29,676 nt of DNA from a virus (taxonomy: Duplodnaviria; Caudoviricetes). This document shows positions 16,152 through 25,535 of this stretch, piece by piece (the first letter of the stretch is position 1; each line of letters begins with the position of its first letter). The translations under genes and the position numbers were made by a program. Under the pieces are notes generated by a model. It did not search any database. It was given only the letters and a program-made list of their open reading frames with translations, and was not told where the DNA came from. Where the stretch lies: the IMG/VR virus record IMGVR_UViG_3300025803_000069, positions 1-29,676 of that record. One strand, given 5' to 3'.

Positions 16152-17885
16152 TCAATTTCGCCGTATGTTGTTCATGGCTTGACTAAGTGGTGAGCCTTGT
16201 GGTCCTCGCTGTTGAACACTTGAAAACGGTGCGCCTGAACCCATGCTTGTTCGATTCTGTGGACTGGCAGGTCCACGTGGAGTACGCATTCCCATCCCCT
16301 CTCCTCCGGGCTGTGAAGCAGGTCCTTGACCTGCTCTCAAGCCTGCGCTTGCTTGACCTGCAAGTGCACCTGCCAACTGTGGTGGCATGTTACGACTTGG
16401 CAAGCCACCGGGCTGTGCCATAGGTTGGGGACCTCCGGGCATGCCTCCCATCTGAGGCTGACCACCCATACCTTGTTCCATAGGCTTGTAAATGAATCGA
16501 ATGTCTCGACCGCCCTCCTCGATAAGTTCAGGCTTGAATCCGAGTTGTGCCATACGTTGTGCGATGTTGACCTCCATCTCGTCTCGTCGGAGCCGAGTGA
16601 CTTCGTCTTCTTCTTCGTTTGGATAAAGTGTTAACTTCCAATCTGTAATGTCCATCTCTTCCATCAGTCGTGGGAACAAGTGGTCAGTGTACACTTTGTG
16701 ACCGAACTCGACAGCACGGTTGGTGACAAGTATTTGCAAACCTTCGTTGTTGAGTCCGCCTGATTTACCTGTGTCCATCATAAACACGTTTGATACACCG
16801 TAAAACGCTGCGATACGGGTTCTCATTTCGTCACGTACGGCAATGTATTGCATTTCTTCAAGCGTGTCCATGAACTTGACCCAGTTGACACCACCACGTC
16901 CACTTTGGCTTTCGATACCAATCTTTGGAATGTAGTGCGGGTCACGCTCAAGTTTCTCATCAACACCCTTCCAAAACGACTTCATCGATTCAAGGTTGTC
17001 CGTGGTGATTGAAATCAAGCCACGTGGAACACGACGCTTGCTGTATGCTGTGTACATGTAGTTGTCCATCGCTGTAAGCGTCATAGCCTGACGCCAAAGT
17101 GTCGATACTGGTGACTTACCGTACAACTTCGACGGATTGTATTTACTCACGTGAATAACTTCACCCTTGAGATAGTATTGCGTCTTCCCTGCACCACCTG
17201 TGTTGACGTGGTGCACGTCTTCCAGTTCGTGGTTGCATATCTCACAGTTGTTATCGGTTTCGCTGTAGCCACGCACTTGATTGCGATGCAATGGACAGAC
17301 TTTGTATCGTCCGCCACGCACGCCTCGCTTGTCAGCGACAATACGCATGAAGATAGGGTCGCCGCGCAAAATCTCTTTGACACGGTAAAAAGCAACCTCG
17401 TTGGTTTCAGGGTCAACGTAGTACTCTTTGACAAGAATCAAAAACGCATCGTCCATGATGTTGAGGTCGTATTCAATCTCGCGTAACACATCCATGAAGT
17501 TCTGTTCCATTGAGTTGCGTTGCTCAACAAGCCATCGACCATAAACGGTTTCGTTTGGGTCAGGGCTACGAACGTCGCCGCCACAATCAACGCATGTGTC
17601 AACGTCATGCTGGTATTCTTTTTCACATTCGATGCACTTCATGTGGAACTTCTTGTCCCAGTAATACCCACGTCGAAATATTTCTTGTTGAAGCGTTGAA
17701 AGCACCGTTCGCAGAATTAAGTTCTCAGATGCAACTGAATACAATGCAGGTATGGTAATACCTTGAACAATAACTGGCTCTTGAATACCCGTTGTGTACA
17801 ACGGCATCTGAGGCTCAGGTGTACGTCGTCGTCGGAACCGGTCGGCCAATCGACCAAGAACACCCTTAACACGTTCTTCCGCCAT
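16152..17885 (-). CDS. Portal protein
   Basis: 577 aa downstream of TerL. HK97-type portal segments DLNIMDDAFLILVK, EVIHVSKYNPSKLYGKSPV, VPRGLISI and EMQYIAVRDEMRTRIAAFYGVSNVFM. Two Cys-rich inserts and a G/P/Q/M-rich tail. Confidence 0.9.
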   Translation of the reverse strand: MAEERVKGVLGRLADRFRRRRTPEPQMPLYTTGIQEPVIVQGITIPALYSVASENLILRTVLSTLQQEIFRRGYYWDKKFHMKCIECEKEYQHDVDTCVDCGGDVRSPDPNETVYGRWLVEQRNSMEQNFMDVLREIEYDLNIMDDAFLILVKEYYVDPETNEVAFYRVKEILRGDPIFMRIVADKRGVRGGRYKVCPLHRNQVRGYSETDNNCEICNHELEDVHHVNTGGAGKTQYYLKGEVIHVSKYNPSKLYGKSPVSTLWRQAMTLTAMDNYMYTAYSKRRVPRGLISITTDNLESMKSFWKGVDEKLERDPHYIPKIGIESQSGRGGVNWVKFMDTLEEMQYIAVRDEMRTRIAAFYGVSNVFMMDTGKSGGLNNEGLQILVTNRAVEFGHKVYTDHLFPRLMEEMDITDWKLTLYPNEEEDEVTRLRRDEMEVNIAQRMAQLGFKPELIEEGGRDIRFIYKPMEQGMGGQPQMGGMPGGPQPMAQPGGLPSRNMPPQLAGALAGQASAGLRAGQGPASQPGGEGMGMRTPRGPASPQNRTSMGSGAPFSSVQQRGPQGSPLSQAMNNIRRN

Positions 17886-19195
17886 TACAAATCACTTCCC
17901 CAAGAACGAATGGTGTCAGCATCGACACCCCATGCATCGAGTTTCTTTTGCACAGCATCAGCGTCGTCCTTCCAGTTTTCAAACATAACCAACATACGAT
18001 ACTGCTCCTTTTTCATCGTGTCATTCTCTTCAAGGAACCGCAATGCGGCCTTTGCTTGAGTCGACTTCAACTGCAAGTGCGGAAGCACTCCGTTAAGAAC
18101 TTTCTTCAAATCATCTCGTGAATGGAAATTCAACCGATGCGTTGTGCGCTTGCTGTTCTTTGACATTTTTTCGTCGAGTGACAGTGTGCCGCAACCAAGT
18201 GTTTTCTGCAATCGCTCACAGTGAATGCGCCCTCTATCCCCAGTGGCTACTGCCGATGCACGAACTTCGCCACGCTTGGTGATAAAGATTGAGCCATCAG
18301 CGTCCATGAACCCCGCAGCATACGCCCACGGGTCTTTGATGACAAGTCCATCACAGGAAAGCAGAACGTATTCGCCACGCCGTGGTGCCTTAACAATGTC
18401 CATCTCTTCGCCAAACATCGAGAGTAATTTGCTCATGCGTGTGGCTGAAAGTCGATTCACGCCTTTCTCAATCAAGTTGGCAGTGATGTCACGAGCACCC
18501 ATGTGCCCTTTATCTTGCAATTCTTTCTTTGCCAATTCAAGCCAATTTTTCTGTTCTTTGCTGAGTGTGTCGACTTGATGAAGTCCGCTTCGCCACATCT
18601 TGCGTGCATCCTGTCGCTGTTGCATAGCATTAACCCAAGCGCTTCGTTCTTCGTCACCCCAAACATCCTCGTAGTCATCAAGCATCTTGAGGGCTTCGTC
18701 GGCTGCTTCCCACATATGACAAGCCCGTAGCAATGTTGATTCTCTTGAGTTACCGAACGTACGTAGCGATTTGAGGTTGCGGTCACTCAAACCGAGATTG
18801 CGAATGGTGTCGGCGTATTCGATTGCCCACGGAATAGAAGATATGGTTTGCTCCACTTCTTGAGCCTTGAGTGCACGTACACTTTTGATAGCACCATCAA
18901 TATCGAATTTCATGTCTTTCATCTTGCGTCGAGCACGCTTGAGGTCTTTGACAACTTCGTCAGCGCTCTTACCGAGATATGCATCAAACCACGAGTCGCC
19001 GTTTTCAGGGAACACATGTGTTTCAATCTGTAGGATAGGTTGCTGTGGTGCAGCCTCCTTTGCGATTTTGACGGCTTTCATCATATCGTCACGAAGTGAA
19101 GGGTGGCCCAAAAGTGAAGATGCAATCATTGTTGACTGCTCATGACCCATCTCAAGATGGATGTCTGACTCTCCTACAACAAGTGTCGGCCACAT
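17885..19195 (-). CDS. Coiled-coil + winged-helix + LAGLIDADG endonuclease-domain protein
   Basis: ATG 19195 after GGAGATGA (track start 19246). C-terminal WAYAAGFMDADGSIFI...LQKTLGCGTL...LKKVLNGVLPHLQLKSTQA is a single-motif LAGLIDADG domain, preceded by a wHTH-like segment. TAATG overlap with the portal gene. Confidence 0.8.
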   Translation of the reverse strand: MWPTLVVGESDIHLEMGHEQSTMIASSLLGHPSLRDDMMKAVKIAKEAAPQQPILQIETHVFPENGDSWFDAYLGKSADEVVKDLKRARRKMKDMKFDIDGAIKSVRALKAQEVEQTISSIPWAIEYADTIRNLGLSDRNLKSLRTFGNSRESTLLRACHMWEAADEALKMLDDYEDVWGDEERSAWVNAMQQRQDARKMWRSGLHQVDTLSKEQKNWLELAKKELQDKGHMGARDITANLIEKGVNRLSATRMSKLLSMFGEEMDIVKAPRRGEYVLLSCDGLVIKDPWAYAAGFMDADGSIFITKRGEVRASAVATGDRGRIHCERLQKTLGCGTLSLDEKMSKNSKRTTHRLNFHSRDDLKKVLNGVLPHLQLKSTQAKAALRFLEENDTMKKEQYRMLVMFENWKDDADAVQKKLDAWGVDADTIRSWGSDL

Positions 19196-19230
19196 CTCAA
19201 TCATCTCCGTATGGGTCGTAGTCAAACGGG

Positions 19231-20730
19231 TCAAGCAACAAACCAATCATCTCCTGTCATACGTGCAGCACCCTTGCCGGGTGAATCAAGGAACCACTTG
19301 TCGAATCCGGGTAGGTCGTCGTCGAGTAGGATAACACTGCCACGGAACTCCTTTGTTGCCCAGTTCGCCAGCGCAATTGCCATAGCCAAGTCATCGTGCG
19401 AACCGACCGATTCCAACTTACCACTCTTGGTCATTCCAAAGCGACTGAGTTGCTTTTCAAGTTCACGTGTGTACTCCTTACTACGCTCGTTGCCCCAAGG
19501 CGTTTTGATTTTGCCTTGCTCAAAAGCCATCAGCAGCGACATGAACATACTTTCCTTGCGTTGTCTTGTGGTCATAAATGTTTTGATGGGGATGTCATCT
19601 CGCATATCTTGCAATTCGGCTGCAAACATGCGCTGGAAATTGTTACCTTCAAGTTCAATTAGGTCAGGTTGGAACCGATTGTTGATGAGTAGGATGTTCT
19701 TTTTCTGTGCTGCGCCACTCAATCCCTTTTGATTAATGACGTGAACCATTTGCTTCTCCTCAGAATCGGGAAGCATACGCAAGATAACCATCGCTGTGTA
19801 GTCAGCGTTGCTATCACTGGCAATCGCAGGGTCCCAGCCGACAAAGTGCTGACCGAATACACCCGCTGCATTGCCTTCTTCGTCAAACTCTTGTTCGGCG
19901 TGGTCAAGCAACACGAGGCTTTCGTCGCGTGCCTTTTCCAACAGGCTGTTGGGGAACATACTGGAATTGTCGTGGATTGGTTCGCACAGATACTCACGAG
20001 CGAATTTGATAGCAGGCATCGACTGCTCACGCATTCGGAGTGCGTCGAGAGGCCAACGTCCCGGCCATAGTGGTTCACCATTCTCTAAGATAGCGGGATA
20101 GGTTTCGACTTGGAACGTGTCCTTCTGTTCAAGTTCAGCGTACAGGTCGTTGTACGAAAACGGTGTACCGACCATCATCATTCGACCTGTGTGGTGAAGA
20201 ACAGGGAGAAGAACGGTATAGAACCAGTCGGCTGCACGTTGAAGTTCAGACGCTGTGGTTCCCCACAGGATGTCATCGCACACGACCACGTCCGGGTGGA
20301 AACCACGAGTAGCACCACCGACGGACTTCGCCATGATACGGCTACCGTTGGTGAACTCAAAGTAGGATTTTGCCCACGGCTTACCTGAGGGCTTGAGTGG
20401 TTTGAGAATGTCAGCCATGTCGATGTTGCTACGGATGAATCGCATGTGCTCAAGCGTCTGTTCAAGCGAGTGGCTGAACACCATGATGTGCGTGTTCGGA
20501 TTGAACGCTGCAATCCATAGAGCATAGGACATGAAGAATACAGATTTACCGTGGTCACGGCTCGCTTTGACGCAGTAGTATCGGTGACCGTTCAAACCTT
20601 GGTCCCACGCTTCGTGATGGTCGGCGTAGTCAAAGCCAAGAATCTCGGTGAAAAAGAACTTGAACGACTTCTTCGACATCTCGATGTCGATTTCGTCAAC
20701 GAGTGCCTTGACACCCTCAGTGTCACTCAT
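19231..20730 (-). CDS. terL: Terminase large subunit
   Basis: Walker A ASRDHGKS, Walker B VVVCDD, coupling motif VGTP, nuclease motifs FVGWDPA..SNADYTA and HDDLAMAIALA. ATG 20730 after GGAGGCG (track start 20784). Confidence 0.93.
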   Translation of the reverse strand: MSDTEGVKALVDEIDIEMSKKSFKFFFTEILGFDYADHHEAWDQGLNGHRYYCVKASRDHGKSVFFMSYALWIAAFNPNTHIMVFSHSLEQTLEHMRFIRSNIDMADILKPLKPSGKPWAKSYFEFTNGSRIMAKSVGGATRGFHPDVVVCDDILWGTTASELQRAADWFYTVLLPVLHHTGRMMMVGTPFSYNDLYAELEQKDTFQVETYPAILENGEPLWPGRWPLDALRMREQSMPAIKFAREYLCEPIHDNSSMFPNSLLEKARDESLVLLDHAEQEFDEEGNAAGVFGQHFVGWDPAIASDSNADYTAMVILRMLPDSEEKQMVHVINQKGLSGAAQKKNILLINNRFQPDLIELEGNNFQRMFAAELQDMRDDIPIKTFMTTRQRKESMFMSLLMAFEQGKIKTPWGNERSKEYTRELEKQLSRFGMTKSGKLESVGSHDDLAMAIALANWATKEFRGSVILLDDDLPGFDKWFLDSPGKGAARMTGDDWFVA

Positions 20731-21661
20731 TCTCCGCCTCCCGCTGCATAAACTCATTGTACAACTCTTGTTCTCTGTTTCCAAGTCGTCCCGTTCGTGG
20801 TGATGGCGGCTGCGACGGCTCTCCGCCTCCGCCCTGCTGAGATTCTTCGCTCACTTCCGCTTGTGCCACTTCCACGGAATTTGATTGATTATCACGGTTT
20901 TCAGGAGCGTTTAATTGCTGGTTGACTGTATTGTCATTTTGGTCAAAGCCTGCCGCTGGCTGAATTTGACCTTGAGGCGCCTGTGCCTGCTGTTGCGGTG
21001 CTGCTACACCAAGACCAGTTAGCAAATCAAGTGCTGGTTGAAGTCGCTCAGGGTCTATGCCTTGGACTGCTTGTACAGCAGGGTCGTCATCTCGTCGACG
21101 ACCTCGACGCTTTTCTTGTTGGAATTTTGCTCGCCCAAGTGATGCTAACTCACGACCAAGTTGCTCAGCACCGGAACGTGTCGCCTGATTTGCTTCACTT
21201 GCTTGTTGTAAGCGTGCTTGTTCGGCCTCAAACCGTCGACGGTTGATGTTCATTGGGTTCATACGAGTTGCAAGACTTGGATTTTGTTGGCGGTATTCAA
21301 AGTCAGCCTGTGCTCTTTGTTTGGCATAGTCATCCTTTACTTGCTGTTCCATGTCAGCACGTGCTTGTCGCCCACGTGAAGTTGCCAAATTAGCAAGTCC
21401 TCGACCGGCTGCGCCACCTTGCATAGCACCAACTTGGAGATTTGATAGGAATCCGCCAAGACTTCGTGACTCACCTGCAAGTCCTCCCGCTAAACCTGCT
21501 AACGTACCTGTTGCGCCAAGCGCTCGACTCCGTTTTGTGCGACCACGTGCTCTATCGCCTCCCCCACGTCGTCCGCCAAAGCCGACGTTGTAGTACATCT
21601 GAGGCTTACCGTCAGGGCCAATCTGAATTTGAGGTGAAGCCTTCACGAGAATCTTGCTCAT
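20723..21661 (-). CDS. Gly-zipper / Gln-rich hypothetical protein, candidate ejection or pilot protein
   Basis: ATG 21661 (MSKILVKAS) in a TGATG overlap, SD GGAGGG. GATGTLAGLAGGLAG...GAMQGGAAGRGLANLA followed by a coiled coil and a disordered tail. Confidence 0.65.
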   Translation of the reverse strand: MSKILVKASPQIQIGPDGKPQMYYNVGFGGRRGGGDRARGRTKRSRALGATGTLAGLAGGLAGESRSLGGFLSNLQVGAMQGGAAGRGLANLATSRGRQARADMEQQVKDDYAKQRAQADFEYRQQNPSLATRMNPMNINRRRFEAEQARLQQASEANQATRSGAEQLGRELASLGRAKFQQEKRRGRRRDDDPAVQAVQGIDPERLQPALDLLTGLGVAAPQQQAQAPQGQIQPAAGFDQNDNTVNQQLNAPENRDNQSNSVEVAQAEVSEESQQGGGGEPSQPPSPRTGRLGNREQELYNEFMQREAENE

Positions 21662-23661
21662 CAAACCCCTCCGCTGAACGTGACCTTGACGACCTTGACG
21701 ACCTGTGGACTGACGTTCCATTCCTTAGCGATACGGTGCCAGTCGCCACGTGAGTGCAACAGTCCGTGAACGTCCATCGATGTGATACCCAAGTCTTTGG
21801 CGAATAACCCGATTGACTGAACTGAATTGAGTTGAATAGGATTGTGAGGAAGCATCTTGAGGATTGTAGCATCTTGCTTAGCGTCCTCCAGTTGGATATG
21901 CTCCATGGCTTCTGTAATTTCAGCGACTTGAGCCTTTTGAAAATCCGTCAATCGCATTTGACCTTGAGGCAAGCCATCCGTTGGTAGTGGTGCCTCAGCC
22001 ATAGGCTCCGGTGTAGTAACAGGCTTTTCAGCCTGTTGCCCCGCACGAGCCTGAGCAACTGTCATGTTCGGATGTGCTGTAAAGTCGAATGTGTGCTCCT
22101 CGGCATGCCGAGGAACAACTGTTGTATAGCCACGACGCTTGTGTTCTTCGCCCAACGGTTCAAACGCCAATCGACCTTCCGGCAAGTCAGGAATTCCCAT
22201 ATTTTCTTTGAGTTGACCAAAGACGCGTTGACCTAACTCACGGTTACCTTCATCTCGTGAATGCTTGGCGTGAGTGTAATCATGAGATGCAAATCGTTGC
22301 TTTATCATTTCTTCAACTTCTTCGGGTGCATACCCCTCGGCTACCAGTTGTTGTGCCAAGTATCTTGGTATGGCTAACAAGTGACGGGCGTGTCGGTGTC
22401 CGCCTCGTGCGCCGATTGACCCTAAGATGTTCTGATATTCGTTCGATTGCATGTCAATGCCAAGGTCTTGTCCTATCGAATTCAGAATGTTTCCGGGCAT
22501 CGAGTTCTTACGATTCTCGCCAAGCACAAGGTGCGACTTCGGCATTCTGTGCAATTTTTCAGCCTCTTCATCGGTGACATCGACGCCTTGTTCAGCGAGT
22601 TTTGCTTTGAGGGACTCCGCTGTCATACCACCTTGCTTGGTGCCAACCGTATCAAAAAGCGCTTGAGGAGCAAACTCAAGTCCCTGTAACGGATGGAAAT
22701 CCGTGATAGGTCGTTCCGCACCTGCTTCAAATCGTCGGTGTCGGCCACGGTCATGAGCCACTTTGTGAAACGTCAAATGTTCAAGGTTCACGACTGGGTT
22801 GTTGAGGTACGTTTGCTCCCCGCCTCCAAAAGAATCTTGAGAAAACTGAATCATTTGGTCAAACGCTTTTGCAATTTCAGGGTCGTTGATGTCGACATTG
22901 AAAGCAGGGTTTTGCATCATGTCAACGATACGTCTGAAATAATTCTTGACAGGGTCTTGCATTTCTTCATGCATGTGATTGACACCTGAGTCGATGAAAT
23001 TACCTTGGTCGGAGTGCTCAGACAAAACGTTACCTTTGTTGAGGGAATAATTGATGAGTGGGTTTTGAACACCGTCACCCGATGCTCCGCTACCCCTTGT
23101 CATTCGCATAGCACCTCCACTGTCTTTGTCAAAAGTGCCGACAGTGTTGCGTCGCCATTCAACGCTGTTGACACCGGGCAAAATGTGTGTTGCATCATCT
23201 CCATGAACGTCAGTGTGCTTCGCATTGAATGCGTCGATAGCAGGTGTCATGACCATCTGCTTGACGATTTCTTCGGCCTTGCCTTGACTGAATCCCAAAA
23301 TCTTTCGTGCATACTTTGCTAAATCGTAAATCATGTAGTCCATCGGGTGAAACGTGTGTGGACGCTCACCGAGTTTTCCATCTCTGTGAGGGTTGTTTGG
23401 GTCATAATCGTTTTGCCACAAGAGTTCCTTTGAGTCATGGTCGAAACCAAACGGCGGGTGGTGTGCAGGGACGTCGCCTTCAAATTGATGATACCATGGG
23501 TGGTCGGATTCGTGTGTGCGAATAGCCTCTTCGGGGTACCACTCAGACCACGCATCGCCGTTCCTACCGCTTTTTGGGCCGTGCTTGAGACGATACGCTT
23601 TGAGAATCTCGGTCGGTTCGGGTTCAGGAAAAAGAATATGTCGGGGTGTGTACTTGAACAT
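21661..23661 (-). CDS. Large hypothetical protein with a C-terminal HTH-like segment
   Basis: 666 aa, TGATG-coupled on both sides. C-terminus FAKDLGITSMDV...WHRIAKEWNVSPQVVKVVK looks HTH-like. Confidence 0.7.
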   Translation of the reverse strand: MFKYTPRHILFPEPEPTEILKAYRLKHGPKSGRNGDAWSEWYPEEAIRTHESDHPWYHQFEGDVPAHHPPFGFDHDSKELLWQNDYDPNNPHRDGKLGERPHTFHPMDYMIYDLAKYARKILGFSQGKAEEIVKQMVMTPAIDAFNAKHTDVHGDDATHILPGVNSVEWRRNTVGTFDKDSGGAMRMTRGSGASGDGVQNPLINYSLNKGNVLSEHSDQGNFIDSGVNHMHEEMQDPVKNYFRRIVDMMQNPAFNVDINDPEIAKAFDQMIQFSQDSFGGGEQTYLNNPVVNLEHLTFHKVAHDRGRHRRFEAGAERPITDFHPLQGLEFAPQALFDTVGTKQGGMTAESLKAKLAEQGVDVTDEEAEKLHRMPKSHLVLGENRKNSMPGNILNSIGQDLGIDMQSNEYQNILGSIGARGGHRHARHLLAIPRYLAQQLVAEGYAPEEVEEMIKQRFASHDYTHAKHSRDEGNRELGQRVFGQLKENMGIPDLPEGRLAFEPLGEEHKRRGYTTVVPRHAEEHTFDFTAHPNMTVAQARAGQQAEKPVTTPEPMAEAPLPTDGLPQGQMRLTDFQKAQVAEITEAMEHIQLEDAKQDATILKMLPHNPIQLNSVQSIGLFAKDLGITSMDVHGLLHSRGDWHRIAKEWNVSPQVVKVVKVTFSGGV

Positions 23662-24773
23662 CAAGCCACTCTCCCGCTACCACGTGCTGCAAAGACGTGA
23701 CCGGGCATACCTGATGATGACATCTCGTCGGAATCAGTGCTATCAGTTCCGCCTTGCGGGTTCGTTGTTTCTCCTCGATGACCTGCCTCCTTGTTTTTCT
23801 TGCTACCACGGGAAAGAGGTGCTTTCTTCATTCGGTCTTGTCGTTCGACGATTTTCTTCAAGTCACGAATCATTCGTCGAAGTTGTGAGATGTGAAGATA
23901 GTCTTTTGCTGACTTGAGCAGCATATTCATCTCTTTGAGTTCAGCCTTCTTGGTTTCACCTGCAAGTCGAGCAATCTTACCTGAACCCATGAATCCGGGC
24001 TTCGTAGGTGTGCGTTGCTCGACATTATGAGGTTGATGAGGCATAGCGATGTTGCCCATGAGTGCGCGCTGATGTCGCTGACCCAGTTGTTGTCGGTACT
24101 TTGCAGGGAACAATCGCAACGGTTGCTTGGTTGAAAGACCCAAGTGACCCATCTCAACAGCGAGTGGTGCTTCGGTCAGACCGCCATGTTCTGTACGTGG
24201 GCTGAGTGTACGGGATTGTCGCTTGGAGCGAATCGATGTAGCGATGTGTGGCTTACGTCCGCCGGGTGGACCTTCAAATTTTGGTTGTTGAAACGGCTTG
24301 CCATCGGCTTTCATCAACGTCGACCAAGCAGCCTCCATCGGCTCACCTGTAGCAACCAGCGGTCGGTAGCCACCCATGACGCCGTTTGTCTGTGCGCCGA
24401 TTGCTTGAGACAAATCGGGTCCGCCTGTGCCGAGTGCACCCGCCATAGCCGACATATCAGATGCCATAGCACCCTGTTCAGGATTGTACATGTTCGGGTC
24501 TTCCTCTTCTTGAGGTTCTTCCATGTCTCCCATCATCGGGTCTTCTTCGGGTTTGTCGATGGTAATTTGAAGATGCGGTGTATCGCCAACTGTTTGGGTT
24601 TCTTCACGTCGGCGTATCTTCTCATCACGTCGGCGCTCCTGTTCTTCGGCATCGCCTGCACCGTGCCTATACGAATCGTCGTCATCGGATGCGTACATAC
24701 GACTTGATTCTGAGCGAGGGGCGTACATACGGGTGTCAGAACCACGTCCCATACCTCCGAATCCACTTGGCAT
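23661..24773 (-). CDS. Hypothetical protein (acidic N-half, basic C-half)
   Basis: 370 aa, TGATG-coupled, SD GGAGGTGG; central TGEPMEAAWSTLMKA motif. Confidence 0.7.
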   Translation of the reverse strand: MPSGFGGMGRGSDTRMYAPRSESSRMYASDDDDSYRHGAGDAEEQERRRDEKIRRREETQTVGDTPHLQITIDKPEEDPMMGDMEEPQEEEDPNMYNPEQGAMASDMSAMAGALGTGGPDLSQAIGAQTNGVMGGYRPLVATGEPMEAAWSTLMKADGKPFQQPKFEGPPGGRKPHIATSIRSKRQSRTLSPRTEHGGLTEAPLAVEMGHLGLSTKQPLRLFPAKYRQQLGQRHQRALMGNIAMPHQPHNVEQRTPTKPGFMGSGKIARLAGETKKAELKEMNMLLKSAKDYLHISQLRRMIRDLKKIVERQDRMKKAPLSRGSKKNKEAGHRGETTNPQGGTDSTDSDEMSSSGMPGHVFAARGSGRVA

Positions 24774-25474
24774 CAGTCCACCTCCCCTTCATCAATCACA
24801 TCAAGAACGTCAGAATCACCACGAAGGAGTGCTTCGCGCACTCGCATCCATGTTTCGGGACTCTCTTTTGCCATTTCAACTTTCAGGATGTTGATGGTAT
24901 TGGTCACAGTCTTTTCCTCAGGCTGTGCCCATTGCGATTGGAATGCCATGAGGTCTTTGATGGACTCACGAATCTCTTTGTTGAGGCGTACCATGTCACC
25001 GATAGCGTTGTCATCATGAATACTAACCTCATCCATGTAGCGAGTCAACTTGTCGTTCAACTTTTCTGTGTTGCTTCGGATAACACCGAGTTCTTCACCA
25101 ACCTTAATCGACACGATTGCTGTTGAAGAACGTCGTACAAGTGGCTGGAAGTGCTCTTTCATGTGCCGATACACGGCATCTTCTGAGCAATCGACCTCGT
25201 TTGCTATCTCTTCTGTGGTCATACCCTCGTCAAAGTAGGCAACTTCGTACAACCCACGGTTGTCTGAGGTGCATATTGGACACCGATAGTTGGAACCAGT
25301 GACGTTTTCGCCTGCGTGGTTTCGCATATGTCGCTCAGCCGTGTTGGTTCTCCACCCTTTATCACGGTCCAATACACGCATATCGACATTTCCTGAGGCT
25401 ATTTGTTCCTCAAGTTCGTCACGGTTGTCGTCTTGGCAAAAAGCACATGACAGTTTTGTCTGACGACCCCCCAT
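24773..25474 (-). CDS. Probable terminase small subunit (tandem Zn-finger/HTH repeats + coiled coil)
   Basis: Two repeats of CxxC..DNR...(HTH)...RHMxxH, then a helical oligomerisation-like region. First gene of the coupled run leading to TerL. Confidence 0.55.
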   Translation of the reverse strand: MGGRQTKLSCAFCQDDNRDELEEQIASGNVDMRVLDRDKGWRTNTAERHMRNHAGENVTGSNYRCPICTSDNRGLYEVAYFDEGMTTEEIANEVDCSEDAVYRHMKEHFQPLVRRSSTAIVSIKVGEELGVIRSNTEKLNDKLTRYMDEVSIHDDNAIGDMVRLNKEIRESIKDLMAFQSQWAQPEEKTVTNTINILKVEMAKESPETWMRVREALLRGDSDVLDVIDEGEVD

Positions 25475-25496
25475 GCGTTAGGGCAGGTAACAGCCA

Positions 25497-25513
25497 ACGA
25501 TAAGGTTTTATCA
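25497..25513. promoter_or_regulatory. Back-to-back TATA-like boxes of a divergent promoter
   Basis: Imperfect palindrome GATAAGGTTTTATC (25499-25512). TTTTATCA (+) is 23-30 nt before ATG 25536; CTTATCGT (-) is 23-30 nt before ATG 25474. Confidence 0.5.
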
Positions 25514-25535
25514 AAGATAGCGAAGAAAACAGCAC

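Noticed and set aside
17885-19246. Intein or group I intron carrying the LAGLIDADG domain
   Set aside because: TerL and portal each look complete, the ORF has its own SD and stop, and there are no Cys...His-Asn intein termini.
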